Shown piece by piece: positions 1 through 11,460 of a DNA stretch of 64,000 nucleotides (within the stretch, counting starts at the first letter, position 1; every line of letters begins with the position of its first letter). Under the pieces are notes generated by a model that saw only the letters and a program-made list of their open reading frames with translations, was not told the DNA's origin and searched no databases. Position numbers and translations under genes: made by a program. This DNA is from Tubiluchus corallicola (lineage: Eukaryota > Animalia > Priapulida): positions 62,001 through 126,000 of the forward strand of contig JAQGDQ010000021.1 of NCBI GenBank assembly GCA_030141605.1, read 5' to 3'.

Positions 1-2826
1 TTACATGACCTATATGTTGTCCATGTAATAACAATACTAGTAGGTAGAAGAATTTTGACTGGACAAGCCACGGAATGTAGTGCATTAGGAATCCTAGTCC
101 ATACAATGGCATGGAGCATCCGGACAACCAATGATTGGAATGTAACCCACAGCAACCAGTCAGCCAACCAGACGCTAGCTTAACCTGTTAATGCACACAC
201 CGCAAACTTATAATGCACAGCTACACTACAAAACAAAGCAATTCATGGAAATTTGTTATCAATTCTGCTTACAGGAAAGCTCAGCCCACAACTAGTCTAT
301 TAAATTAGCTTTAAAGCATCTAAATAATGTAAAATGTGGTGACAATGACTTTTTTACAGAAATACCCCAAACGAAGAAGTATGCCACTCACAATTAATGG
401 TAGCAAGATTAAAAAATCAGAAATTAAATACATCAATTTAATACTTTATAGGCTACTAAAAAGAGTGAACAAACTGTAAGTAGTAAAATACAAAAATATG
501 GAAGGAAAACAGGCCCATTTTTAGACGCACACAATTATTTAGGAGAATAAAAATTGCAACACTATGCTTCTGTGAAACTGGAGAAATTTTGAGTTCACAA
601 TAATAAATTTCAGTTTCCTGCCGGGCTAACGATTTCATGTAGTTATACTAGTGTCACGATTAGCTTGTTGTACAGTTTATCTGTAATTTTGCTAATGAAG
701 TACAGGACCTACTTTTTGCACAACACTTTTTCAGAAATTCCAGTAAGCAAACGTTGATTTCCAAGTTACGATTTTTAACTATTGTATGGCAGAGAACATG
801 CAACAGTGAAAAATTAATGAAAAAATTCATTAAAAATTAATGAACTTTCGCAATAAACATTCTTTAACATAATGTATACATAAACTGTAGAAAACTTTTG
901 AGTTGCGGTCTAAAATTGGAAACTGTTAGTGACCTTTTTCCTTTAAGTTAAATATTACTATATTTATAGAATATAAGCGATAAAGCTTTATTTTAGATGG
1001 TCAAACTGATTTTTTACCATCTAAAATAAAACCGATTTTACTTGCCTCTACAAAACATTTATTTTGCCCACTCTTCGCACATCAAAGTAGCCTAGTTCAA
1101 AAACACATTTATACTTAATATGATCTATTTCTGTCCAGTTTGATCGCAAATTTAACGATTTTGTTTCAAAGAATAATGAATGTTTTGCAATGATATTTTT
1201 AGCTACTTCCCGCTCATTGCCTGATTGGTCAAGAAACTCAGGTCAAGGTATCGCTTCGCTGTTTGGCATTAGTATCAAATGCCCACTGAAATATGTTTAA
1301 TAAAGGACAGGCGTCTATGGATAAAGAAGCCACTGTAACAGGTAATCACACAAAATATGGGTCCTGAAAACCATGCCAACCAGTTTGTGTGGGCTGTCTA
1401 AGCAGCAGCAAAACAGCGTTTGGTTGCTTGTTTTAAACTCTATAAAACAAGCTCTATAAAACTCAGTCAGGTGCAATACAATAAATATGAGTTTAAATCA
1501 ACAACAGAAACGTTTTTTTAAAAAAAGGCAAAATTCGTCAAGTTCTTGCAGAACTTTGCTAAGATTCACTCGTTCTGGCTAATCCCAGTGCGGGTGTTTG
1601 TGTATGTGGAATTTCGTGGATCTGTTTCAGAGAAAACATTCTGGCGTAAAAAGTAATGTAACCCTATCTTAAACTAACCTACCCGTTTCATTTGAAACGA
1701 ACTAAAGTCTGCGTCCCAATTTTTTGTAGTAATAAACAAAGTACAGTTATTTTCATTGGTTTGGAACAAACCGTTTTTATCAAAGCTAGAGGATTAAAAG
1801 CGCAAGGCAAAGGCTCAACTTGATAAAGCAGGCAAGTTGTGTTAGACGCCACAAGTACAGCAGCAGTACACAGAAGTTTTAGCTATTCACAATCTCAAAT
1901 ACACAACTCCAAGCAAGTATTGTCCAGCCAGGTACAACGAAGCGATCAAAACAATCAGACACATATTCACAAGAAATATTCACACACATCAATCTTATAA
2001 TTCTGAAGAAATAAGACAGCGAACTAGGAAAAACGAATACAAATTTATCTCAAAACAGGCATAAACCAAGTACATCAGGAAATAATAAAAAATCAATAAC
2101 CTATTCTGCAAACCCAGGGATAATGAAGAGTTGGTTATCAATATTATGCAAATGGTGAATAAATGCCACTGTCGTTCTTACTAATATTCATCCAGACATG
2201 CAACATAAGTATGATATCTTTAAATGTATATGGTATGTTCACAAATCACACTATAACTTAAAGACTGTCATAGGATATTCCAGGTGCCAACAGTCAAAAT
2301 AACAATGAATTGACGTGAAACAAGGGTAGTTTTAAGGGAAACAGTTAGTTGATATTGCTAAGGTGTTACGACATAAAAATAATAAAAGCTCCAATTAGAA
2401 AACACTATTTTCAGTGAAGAAAGGCAGTGTATGGGACCATGGGTCATATGGCACAAAATTTGTCCCATTCAACATTCAATGCGGTTTGCAGTTCTAATCT
2501 CTCCTAGCTCATACTCAAGCTTCTACTAAATAAAACTACCCCACTATTAAATGACTTGGTTCAGCAGGAATATCAAAAGAATGTAATGGTCATTTTAAGC
2601 CATTGATCGTATTGACGAGGCTTGCATGCTTCTGTTACATAGCAATTATCAGATTCCTCGCTTATGTTTCTGTCCTTTCTGTTTATTTAGTTCTTAAAAG
2701 CTATATAGGAACACAGTTACTATATAGGAACACTATTTAGTTGGACTGTATATCTTGCACCTGTAGAGTGGATTCCCTTAGCCATCAATATAACAACCGA
2801 ACGATTAAAAATTTGCATTTTCATAC

Positions 2827-2955
2827 CTTCTGTTTATCCAATATTTTCATGGCATAGAAGTCTTTATTCGCTTTATGTTGAACGAGCATGACTCGCCCAA
2901 ACGACCCAGTACCAAGGGTCTTCTTTCGGTCAAATTCATCTAGGCTTGCTGTATT
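2827..2955 (-). CDS. PRKACA/PRKACB-like: PKA catalytic subunit exon 3: [43 protein letters not shown]; gene continues beyond the window start
   Basis: TTTAG acceptor, 129 nt, AAG|GTATGA donor. Contains the Gly-rich loop GTGSFGRV and the catalytic-Lys motif [10 protein letters not shown], both characteristic of PKA-C. Confidence 0.98.
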
Positions 2956-5042
2956 CTAAAAGAAAACCAACAATCGATTATTGTCATATGCTCAAAAGAA
3001 GTAGCCTGCACCTTTAAGTTCACCTGCACTGGAGTGTAGCTGCAAAGACTACGTATATTTAAATTTAAAAAATGAAGTGTTCCAAAAAATGATAAAAAAA
3101 TATGATGTGAAATTTTTTATAACACATGTAAGGGACACAGTCAGCAACACCACAAGTCCCACAGAATTCGCAGAAAATGGCAAAATTTAATAAATTTTCG
3201 AAAAATACACATTCTTGTTCTTCCTTCTTGTATTACATTCTTGTATTTAACTCAAAAAACAAAAATGACCCAAAAGAACAAACTTCTTGTGCACATTTAA
3301 TTATGTCTAGTAACCAATAACAAACAAGCTTTTATAAAACTACTAAAGTAAAACTTGTCAGCAAACTATAAGCAGCTTTTTGTAATATAATGTGACAAAC
3401 TCATTTATGTACAGCTCAATTTTTCCATACTATCGAGTCATACTGTAAGAAATAAGAATGAGTTACTGATATTATTTTGGCGTTAAAAAATTACAAGCAA
3501 TGACATTCAAAGCACTGACCCACTATTATAATTTATTATATGACGTCACCAAGGAAATTAATATTTCAGTAAAAGCGCTGCCAATGATCATAATTTATGT
3601 CTTGTGCATCAATTAATTTAACATTTTTGTTTGCATTGCCCAAGCTGAATTAGCAGAGTCTAAACATTACCATCATGCAGCATAGAGTAGACATTTACCT
3701 AATTATAGTTGTGTAATTAGTTTAAAGAATATGTGGTCTAAAATATCAAACTTTGAGAATCCACCTGAGACACAATAGGCAACCTGAACCGAAATTAAAC
3801 TTAGTTAAATACTGAAAAATAGCATGTAAAATAAACTCTAAAAGAAACTACATGACAAATAAAATCGAAAAAACATAACAATTACAAAATAGCAAATAAA
3901 TGTTGCCAATTAAAATAAATTAACCTGCAATTAATTAGGGAGCATATGTCAAGTTTCAAAGTATGCATATGTCAAGTTTCAAAGTATTTCCCTCAAATGA
4001 AAGTGATAAGTCCAATTTTTAGTGATCGATTTCTTAAAGTATAATGTTGGTAAAAGCATAATGTAGATAGTGTATTGGACAATTGAATGTTTCATCCTCA
4101 AAAGTAGTCTAATTAAGAGAAATCTGAGCATTGTATGATCAATTTGTAATCACGTATTTATAAGCGCATACTGTAAGTGCCAAGTAGCCTACACTGTTAT
4201 AGCGCTAGGTATGTTTCACTTAAGATAATTTTAAGGTAACTGTAGCTATTTAAAAATTTGGGCGAGCGAAATGGACAATGGTTGATGCTTACAATTTCCA
4301 CAATTTGCATAGTTTACAATGATTTGAGCAAAAGCAACTGGGTTTAATAGAAATACGAGTGTGCACACTGAGAGTATTTTACATGCAGTTTTTCACATTT
4401 TTTTAGTATAAGCAGTTTTAAAAAACTGCCTTGCATTATAAGTGGTTCAACATCCCTTTCCCAGTTTTCTTGAAATTTTTTAAGTTTTTTGTTTGATTAA
4501 CCTCAGGTTTATCCAGATTTGTTGCCATTAGGTCTAGCCTAGTTTTTGTACATAGGAGATATAGCAATTTGAAGGACTGCACCTAATTTAATACAGGGAA
4601 GAGTATTTCTTTGCTTTCAGTCAGGCTTTCAACAAGTCAGTCCAACTCCACACTTGAAGACAAGAAAAAAATTGACAAACTTTTCACTCAGACTCTTTTA
4701 GGTTATTGATGACATCTGTGGAAGCAGTGCTGTTTAATCTTGACAGGCTACTACTATTAAATAGACAGGGATCACTTCAGGTGTATAATGCGAATTATAC
4801 CATATTAGTTTCAGGCAAATAAACAGTTTTTCAGGTACATCTCATATTAGGAATGGACTAATACTGGATCCCCCCAGGAACACTAAATAATAGGAAGCTC
4901 ATTCATCTTTAACGAATGAAAAGTCTTTTATGAATGAGTAATAATGAACTAGTACTTTTAAACATACATGTACAAGTTGCCTAAAATACCTATATAACAT
5001 TTATATCAAACTGAAAATATGTATTTCAAGTAATAAACTTAC

Positions 5043-5104
5043 GTGTGTTGGGCTGTCCCATTTTTCTCTAAAATCTCGCTGAGCCCGTTCTAAGAACTCC
5101 TTAA
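5043..5104 (-). CDS. PRKACA/PRKACB-like: PKA catalytic subunit exon 2: (V)KEFLERAQRDFREKWDSPTH
   Basis: TTTTACAG acceptor, 62 nt, GTAAGT donor. Matches the PKA A-helix VKEFLAKAKEDFLKKWE. Confidence 0.97.
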
Positions 5105-5442
5105 CTGTAAAAATCAAATGTAAATATGTCAACGACTATAATACACAATAATTGATAATACAGAAATAAACTATTTTCATATCTGCAATATTAAAATGCT
5201 CACATACATTACAATATACAGCCATTTTTAGGTATTAAATTTCAACTTATTGCCTACAGAAACCCTGGGCAACAAGTCATAAAGCCATTATCAAAAACTA
5301 GGTTTCAGGTTACTTTACTGAGATTAAATTACATTCACTCCTTGATAATTAATTTAAATGTGTCCTGAGTGGTTACGGACTACAACCAATTGTTCAATCA
5401 AATTCAGTAACTGATACTTGGTTATAGACAATGGGTATACAG

Positions 5443-5929
5443 TAGTGTTGTTCTGGATATCCGATTCGTATCTGAAAATGGTAACAGAAAATGGCGAGAT
5501 TTTACAATTATCCGGTAGTTGTAAAACTTTGATATTCGAAAATATTCGCTATCCAGTTTTTGTAATGTGCAATTGAAAACGGGTTTCGAATAATTTAACA
5601 GCCGAAAATAACTAAATAAAATATTGCCAAAAAACTTAAAGATTGTTTTAGCCTATGTTTGTGTTTTCAAGACGAAAATTTTACACACATCTTTTTTTCG
5701 TTTGCGTATGACAATACGGTGTGTCTTCGGGCAAGGTCATTTAAGATGATAGTCTTTTTTTTCAGACTAATGAAAACGCTAAAGTTTGCAAACATTTACT
5801 AATTTTTCGTTATCCGAACCGATCTGCTTATTCGATCCGAATTTAGCTAACCGGTTATAATCTGAATCTGCAAGTCAATTTGAGGAAGTATTCGATGATA
5901 TCCAGTATTCGCTATCCGGAGCAACACTA
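5443..5929. mobile_element. Non-autonomous hAT-type MITE
   Basis: TIRs TAGTGTTGTTCTGGATATC / GCTATCCGGAGCAACACTA, perfect 8-bp TSD GTATACAG (5435-5442 and 5930-5937), subterminal ATCCG/ATTCG repeats. Confidence 0.9.
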
Positions 5930-7889
5930 GTATACAGTCCGCCAAGCGAAAGTGTTCAATAAAATGTTCCAATAAAAAGTCATCAACTACTTGAGCTGTG
6001 TTCACATATAACAGTCTCATAGTTAACTGAAACTTATTTAAAGAAATAAAGAAAGAAAAAACTGAAATTTACATGTAGACTGAAACTCGCGGTAGCTTTA
6101 AAAAGTATTGTGACTGTGTGAAAATTAAGAATGTTGGTTCAAAAGCAAATACATGTACACAATTAGGCAACAGGCAAGTAACTCGACTTTCAATTGAAAA
6201 TTTTAAACCATATATAATCAAATAAAAGACGAGTTTCACTTATTCAAAAACAATTAAAGTTATTAAAGTACAGGCATCATAATCTGAACATGTGTTCTAG
6301 TGAACTCAGCTAAGTGGAACTGTTAACACTGTCATCTGGCATAACTTAAAAGTCCCAGCCAAAAAAAAGTGAACACTACCTATCAGTGTTTAAAAAGTTA
6401 CACATCAGCATCACTGAAAAAATCCTCATGCGACTACACACTGATATTAAACAAGCACAACGTAGGTCCTATCTATCAAATCAAAAAAATCAGATTAGTG
6501 AACAAATTTTTGTTGTTAGCGTGTAGACTGAAGAATTTCCACTGTCAAGCACTTTGTCACAACACGATTTGTTCGAACACTAAGGTTGTGGACGCTATCT
6601 CTATAGCAAGCAGTTAGCTTCAGGTATTAGGAAAACCATGCATCCCACAAATTACAAAAATTGAGTTTGCTTCATAATTTCAGTTCAGTCAATAAAGGTA
6701 ACATTGCTTATGACAAACTATCAATTTAAAGCGTCAATTTAAAGTGTTCTATTTAAAGATTTACCATTATTGTAACCCATACCTACTATGAGCTATGGCA
6801 TGTTAAATAAGCACCTTCAAAGACAAGTTCGGTCTGAAATTTATCTACAAAGACATTATTCCTTCAACACAAAGTCTGCATAATAACAGAATTAAGATGG
6901 TGCCAAATACTAGCTGGTCATCAATTATAAAGATTTCTTTGAAAACAAACATTTTTAATATAACTTTAAAATAACATTGTAATATAATGTTGCAATAATT
7001 ATGCGGCTTATATATTGCAAGCGATGCAAAATTCGAAATGCTTCAATTTGAATCTGATTACAAGTCTGTGAATGTTCATAAATTAAGTGTGGTGTAAATT
7101 GTGAAGCATGGAGTATGGAGGACACACAAATGGAGCGCACAAATTTAGGCCTAAAAGGATGTGTAAACTAGTTATTTTCACAGATTTTCTATCAAGACTA
7201 GACTAAAAGTGGCATAATTGAGGATGTAAGCACCAAAATCTATCCGCATAATTATGTCGAACACCTGCACTTTACATGAATGCAAAAGCCTTGTAAGAGA
7301 CATTGTAACAAACCAAAGTGACTTTTTACATTCTTGCAGGCAGAAAACTAGACAAATTTGAATTAAATAGCTGAATTCATGCTGTTAATATCCACTGCAA
7401 AGCAAACCAACCAAGTCAAGCCACTGAGGTCAAGTGTTTGATAAGATGTGTTCCAGTTATTGCTTATTAATTTCAAATGTACTAGATTAATGTTTTCTTT
7501 TCTAGTGTAGTTGCTTTTTAAAGTCATTTTAATCATCTAACTGTTCCTATTATAGTCTTAATATTTAAATTTAAATTAAACAGAATTGTGTTTTGTAATA
7601 CAGCAATATTTTCATTCAACATAACGTGTGAATTTAATACAAACGTGTAAGCAGAAAGTCGTTTAGCATGTGTTCACAACAAGAATAGTAACTATTTGTG
7701 AAAATAAAATTTAAATGTCAGTTGATGAGTAGTGATTTGTTTCCTACATAATGCTACTTGGTAGGTATTTACAAGTTTATAACAATGTGTAGTTCGATTC
7801 TACAGTGAATGAAATTCAATGACTAGGCGATTATTTAACACGTTCTTACGTATTTATAAGGTGTATGTTAGGCCTGGATGATATATTAC

Positions 7890-7910
7890 CTGCATTCACA
7901 CGCTTTGGCA
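7890..7910 (-). CDS. Candidate 21-nt phase 1-1 microexon of PKA-C: (V)PKRVNA
   Basis: CTGTTTGCAG acceptor, CAG|GTAATA donor, open in the PKA frame. Confidence 0.45.
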
Positions 7911-8025
7911 CTGCAAACAGCTGCAGCACATACGATGAATGGGTAGAAGTTATAAGCATGCACAGGTAGCACAGGTAGCAAAGTTTGAGATGTTTGATAT
8001 GCGCTATAGTGCAAATCTTACTTAC

Positions 8026-8070
8026 AGAAATGTGAGCAAGTATTACCACCCAAATCACCACCTTTATCAT
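8026..8070 (-). CDS. Candidate 45-nt phase 1-1 cassette exon of PKA-C: (D)DKGGDLGGNTCSHF
   Basis: TTTTTACCCACAG acceptor, perfect GTAAGT donor, length divisible by 3, no stop in the PKA frame. Confidence 0.5.
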
Positions 8071-8714
8071 CTGTGGGTAAAAATATTATTTTAATAACTT
8101 CTATTGCTGTAAGAAAATAATATAGAATAGCACTGAGACAGGTCCAGTTTTTTTTAAAAAATAAACAAACAAAAAGTGTTTTTGAAACAAGAAATTATCA
8201 AAGCGAAATAGTTAAGCTCCAAATTTTTGAAAGGCCCTTGCAACTTAACTGTTGCATATAAAATTAATAAATGAACAAAAACATAAAAAAATGATAAATG
8301 CACTAAACTGCAATGCCTATTCATTCAACAGTTTTCTCACAAACAAAAAAAGAAAAGAAGTAAACTGTAAATTGCAGTCTCAACTGGATAATTTCACATT
8401 GTGCAACTGATTAAAATTTAATTGGACAAAATATGTACAGATGGGTGAGCACTTTCGAATCTTCAATGCTATTAGCCTATTAGCATATACATATGCGCAA
8501 TTTTACAAACTCAGTTTTTCTTATTAGCACGACAAGGCAAGAGCTAAATACTACACAAAGTCTAGGGACTAAAAAGTAATACAACCAAGACTAAAAAAAT
8601 TTAACTATTAAGAAATGGATCTAATCGAACGTAGTTACATCATATGTGTATTACTGCTGTTACAAAAGTGCTGCTGACAAACCACTGGCTTAGCACTATC
8701 ACTGCTGCGTTTAC

Positions 8715-8754
8715 CTGTCTTGAGGATATATTTCTTTATATTAGAATTCCACAT
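8715..8754 (-). CDS. Candidate alternative PKA-C first exon MWNSNIKKYILKT
   Basis: AGC-ATG start, 40 nt, phase-1 donor CAG|GTAAAC. Confidence 0.45.
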
Positions 8755-10503
8755 GCTCAGTGTCTACAACAGATGTAAAGATCTTTTGTGGTTGACTCTA
8801 CTGCTATATCATAATAGTTTTCCCTCTTCAGTGTAACGACAATTTGACATTTAAATCCTACTATTGTTTTTGCCAGAATAAAACAATACTAATAACTTTT
8901 CTGCGTTCCCATTGAGCTAGTTTCCAGCAATAAAGGATTATAAAAATAGTTTAACAGCGATCATTTTGTCAAAGATTTCAGTCGCAATAATGTGCCAGGT
9001 ACACTGAAGTACACGACATTAATTTTCAACAGTTCTACATTGAACGTCGTGCTACACGGTAATGGTCAACTATATCGTTTTGAAGCTTATCTTAGATGCG
9101 TTCCTGTTGCTGTCAAATAATTATCGCTCGCTTCTGATATAGGTCATGTGTCAGGTGTCTGATATTGATACAGCAATGTAATAAAACCCACGTGCAGCAC
9201 GGCGATATGAAGAGACCTTGGAGAATGTTGAAGACATTTTCAGCAGACTGAAGCCATCGTTGGAGGCTTCTCCAAGCCTGGAAAGAAAGTGGGGGAAAGA
9301 AACAGTCAAATTAAAAGTCCTAGTTAATTTGCGCTTGAACAATTTAAGTCAGGGTGAGCAGTAGTGGACCGCTGAGGTGTCACAGATGCATGTCTTTGAC
9401 GTTCTCATCCTAGATGCGCCCTCGACCAGTGACATCTTTAGTTAATGTAACAGCCTGAAGAAGCTCTTCGTGCCAAAAATAGAACAAAGCCGTAAGTAAT
9501 CGTAGAAAAGTCAAATGCAAAGTGAAAGCAATTCAGGCTCAGAAAAGATGGATTGATGAAATGCCATTTTCAGAGAACCTCGCTGCGTAAATACAGTTCC
9601 AGGTTCTCCGCAGAGAAATGCTGCCTGAGTAACTCATAGATTATGAAGCGCGGTCATAGATATAGAAAATAAAGTGAGGTCTTGAACCAGGTAAAAGATA
9701 ATAAATCAAACAGCTTTGTGTGTTCTGAAGATAGAACGGCTCAGATGACGTGTAACAGTAACAATATCATAATCGTAATATAAAGCCGGCATGAAAGGCG
9801 TTACTATTTACTAGAATTATAAACAATTTAATGAATTTATTCAGTGTACAAAAAAGTTCTCGTTTAATAGTAAGAGACTGTGAAAAGCAAAAATACATAC
9901 AGGAAAGTAAGACTCAAACCAAACAATAAACTGGAGGGTTTGCATTTTCCGTATTACGAAAGAAATGTAATTATTACTAATTAATGGTTATGAAAGTCAT
10001 GAATAATACTGTACTGAAATATAATCAATCTTATATACTACAAAACATAAGACTAATTTAAAAGATGATCAAAAGCTCTTTTTCGTTAAGTAAATGAGTA
10101 ATTTTTTTTTCTCTTTTGACGCTGTTTTAAAAGAAGTTAATCACAAAATCTCAATTTTTAACCAAAAAATTATAAAACCAAGACTCAACTATGCAGTTCC
10201 ACTTGATAAAAACAGTTCTTTACAGGCCTTCCTAACCGACTAACATCACAAGTCTAACCAGAAAGGACATGAATTAGACACGATGTCACTCTTTTCTATG
10301 CTTTCTTTGTCTTGAACCGTAAAGATCGCACGAGCGCATTAATGTCCACTCTTAAGCCAGTGTCGGAGACTCAGAAATCTAAACAGCACACTACAGCGCC
10401 ATCAGAAAAAATCACCGCAATGCAGCAACCCATATGCACGAAACTTTACAGAAAGAAACCTACACTACAATAATACATATAGTAAACAATTAAAAGTCAT
10501 CAC

Positions 10504-10561
10504 CACTTTGACTGTCGTCGCCGCGAGCAAACGGCCACATCAAATTCTTTAGAGCATCCAT
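10504..10561 (-). CDS. Candidate alternative PKA-C first exon MDALKNLMWPFARGDDSQS
   Basis: ATA-ATG-G start context, 58 nt, phase-1 but weaker donor G|GTGATG. Lies about 180 bp downstream of a TATA/MEF2-like box at 10740-10749. Confidence 0.45.
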
Positions 10562-10739
10562 TATGGACCTGCTGGCTGTCACCTAACCATCCTCCTCATC
10601 TTCCAGCATAGGCAGCAGCTCTTCTAACAACTACCCCAACAAACAGCTCCCAGGCTCATTAAGGCTTTTTACCAGCAGTTAGTTTAAAGCACATGCAGCC
10701 AAAGTTCAAAAGCAGATATACTACAGACACGAGTCGGCT

Positions 10740-10749
10740 CTATTTATAG
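10740..10749 (-). promoter_or_regulatory. TATA box / MEF2-consensus site (CTATAAATAG), putative internal PKA-C promoter
   Basis: Exact CTA(A/T)4TAG match containing TATAAA on the minus strand, followed by a GC-richer exon-like tract at about 10.3-10.7 kb. Confidence 0.5.
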
Positions 10750-11199
10750 AGCTCTTCTTGCATCCTGACCTCTAAATAACGCAAAAGAAGGGAGGGAGAA
10801 CATTTGACAGCACGGCCATGTGAGAATGTTTTATACCTTCTGGGAAGCCCAGAAGCCATTTGTAGCATGTTTAAACATTACTCTGGCGTATAATGTTGGT
10901 TAAATCAATTTACTAAATTTTGCATACTACTTTAGACGCCCGCTCAGACCGCGCTGATGAGAACTGATGACGATGGCCCGAAATTATTCTCATTAAGCAT
11001 ACAATTAGTAGTTAATTACCAAATGCTATAAGCACCTTAATTGTTACCCCTTGTCTGTTACCACTGGCCAAAAAAATCGTGTGCTTTGGTAAACTCTACA
11101 GGTATAAACGTACTGTTAAATAAGCCTAATATATCCTCCTAAACATATAATGTCTACCTATGACCTAATGCCTGGATGTGATACTAGGTAAATCAGTCT

Positions 11200-11460
11200 T
11201 CTACGAATGATGTTTACAATAGAACTATTGACCGACGCAAACACCCAAATCAGAGATCCTAACTGATTAAAGAAATAAGATTTGATTTCCCCAAACAAAA
11301 AATCGAGTGGTCAGAAACCACACTTATCATCAAAAACACGGAGCTATACCAAAAGAATTTACTTGGTGTTACAATCGAACAGTGATTAGCAATGACCCAA
11401 GCAGTTAGTATTCAGTGAAAACTGCTGAAAACAAAAATCCCCAAAACAAGAAAAATAGTT
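11200..11460 (+). mobile_element. Decayed CR1/L2-like LINE fragment
   Basis: A-rich coding-like tract with KNLLGVTIEQ*L, resembling the KLLGVTID.KL motif downstream of the RT core. Confidence 0.35.

Noticed and set aside
100-160. RTTNDWN peptide resembling a LINE ORF2 C-terminal motif
   Set aside because: Too short and degenerate to call.
1-2826. Search for PKA-C exon 4 (VVKLKQ.EHTLNEK)
   Set aside because: Not found by eye; presumed to lie beyond the window start.
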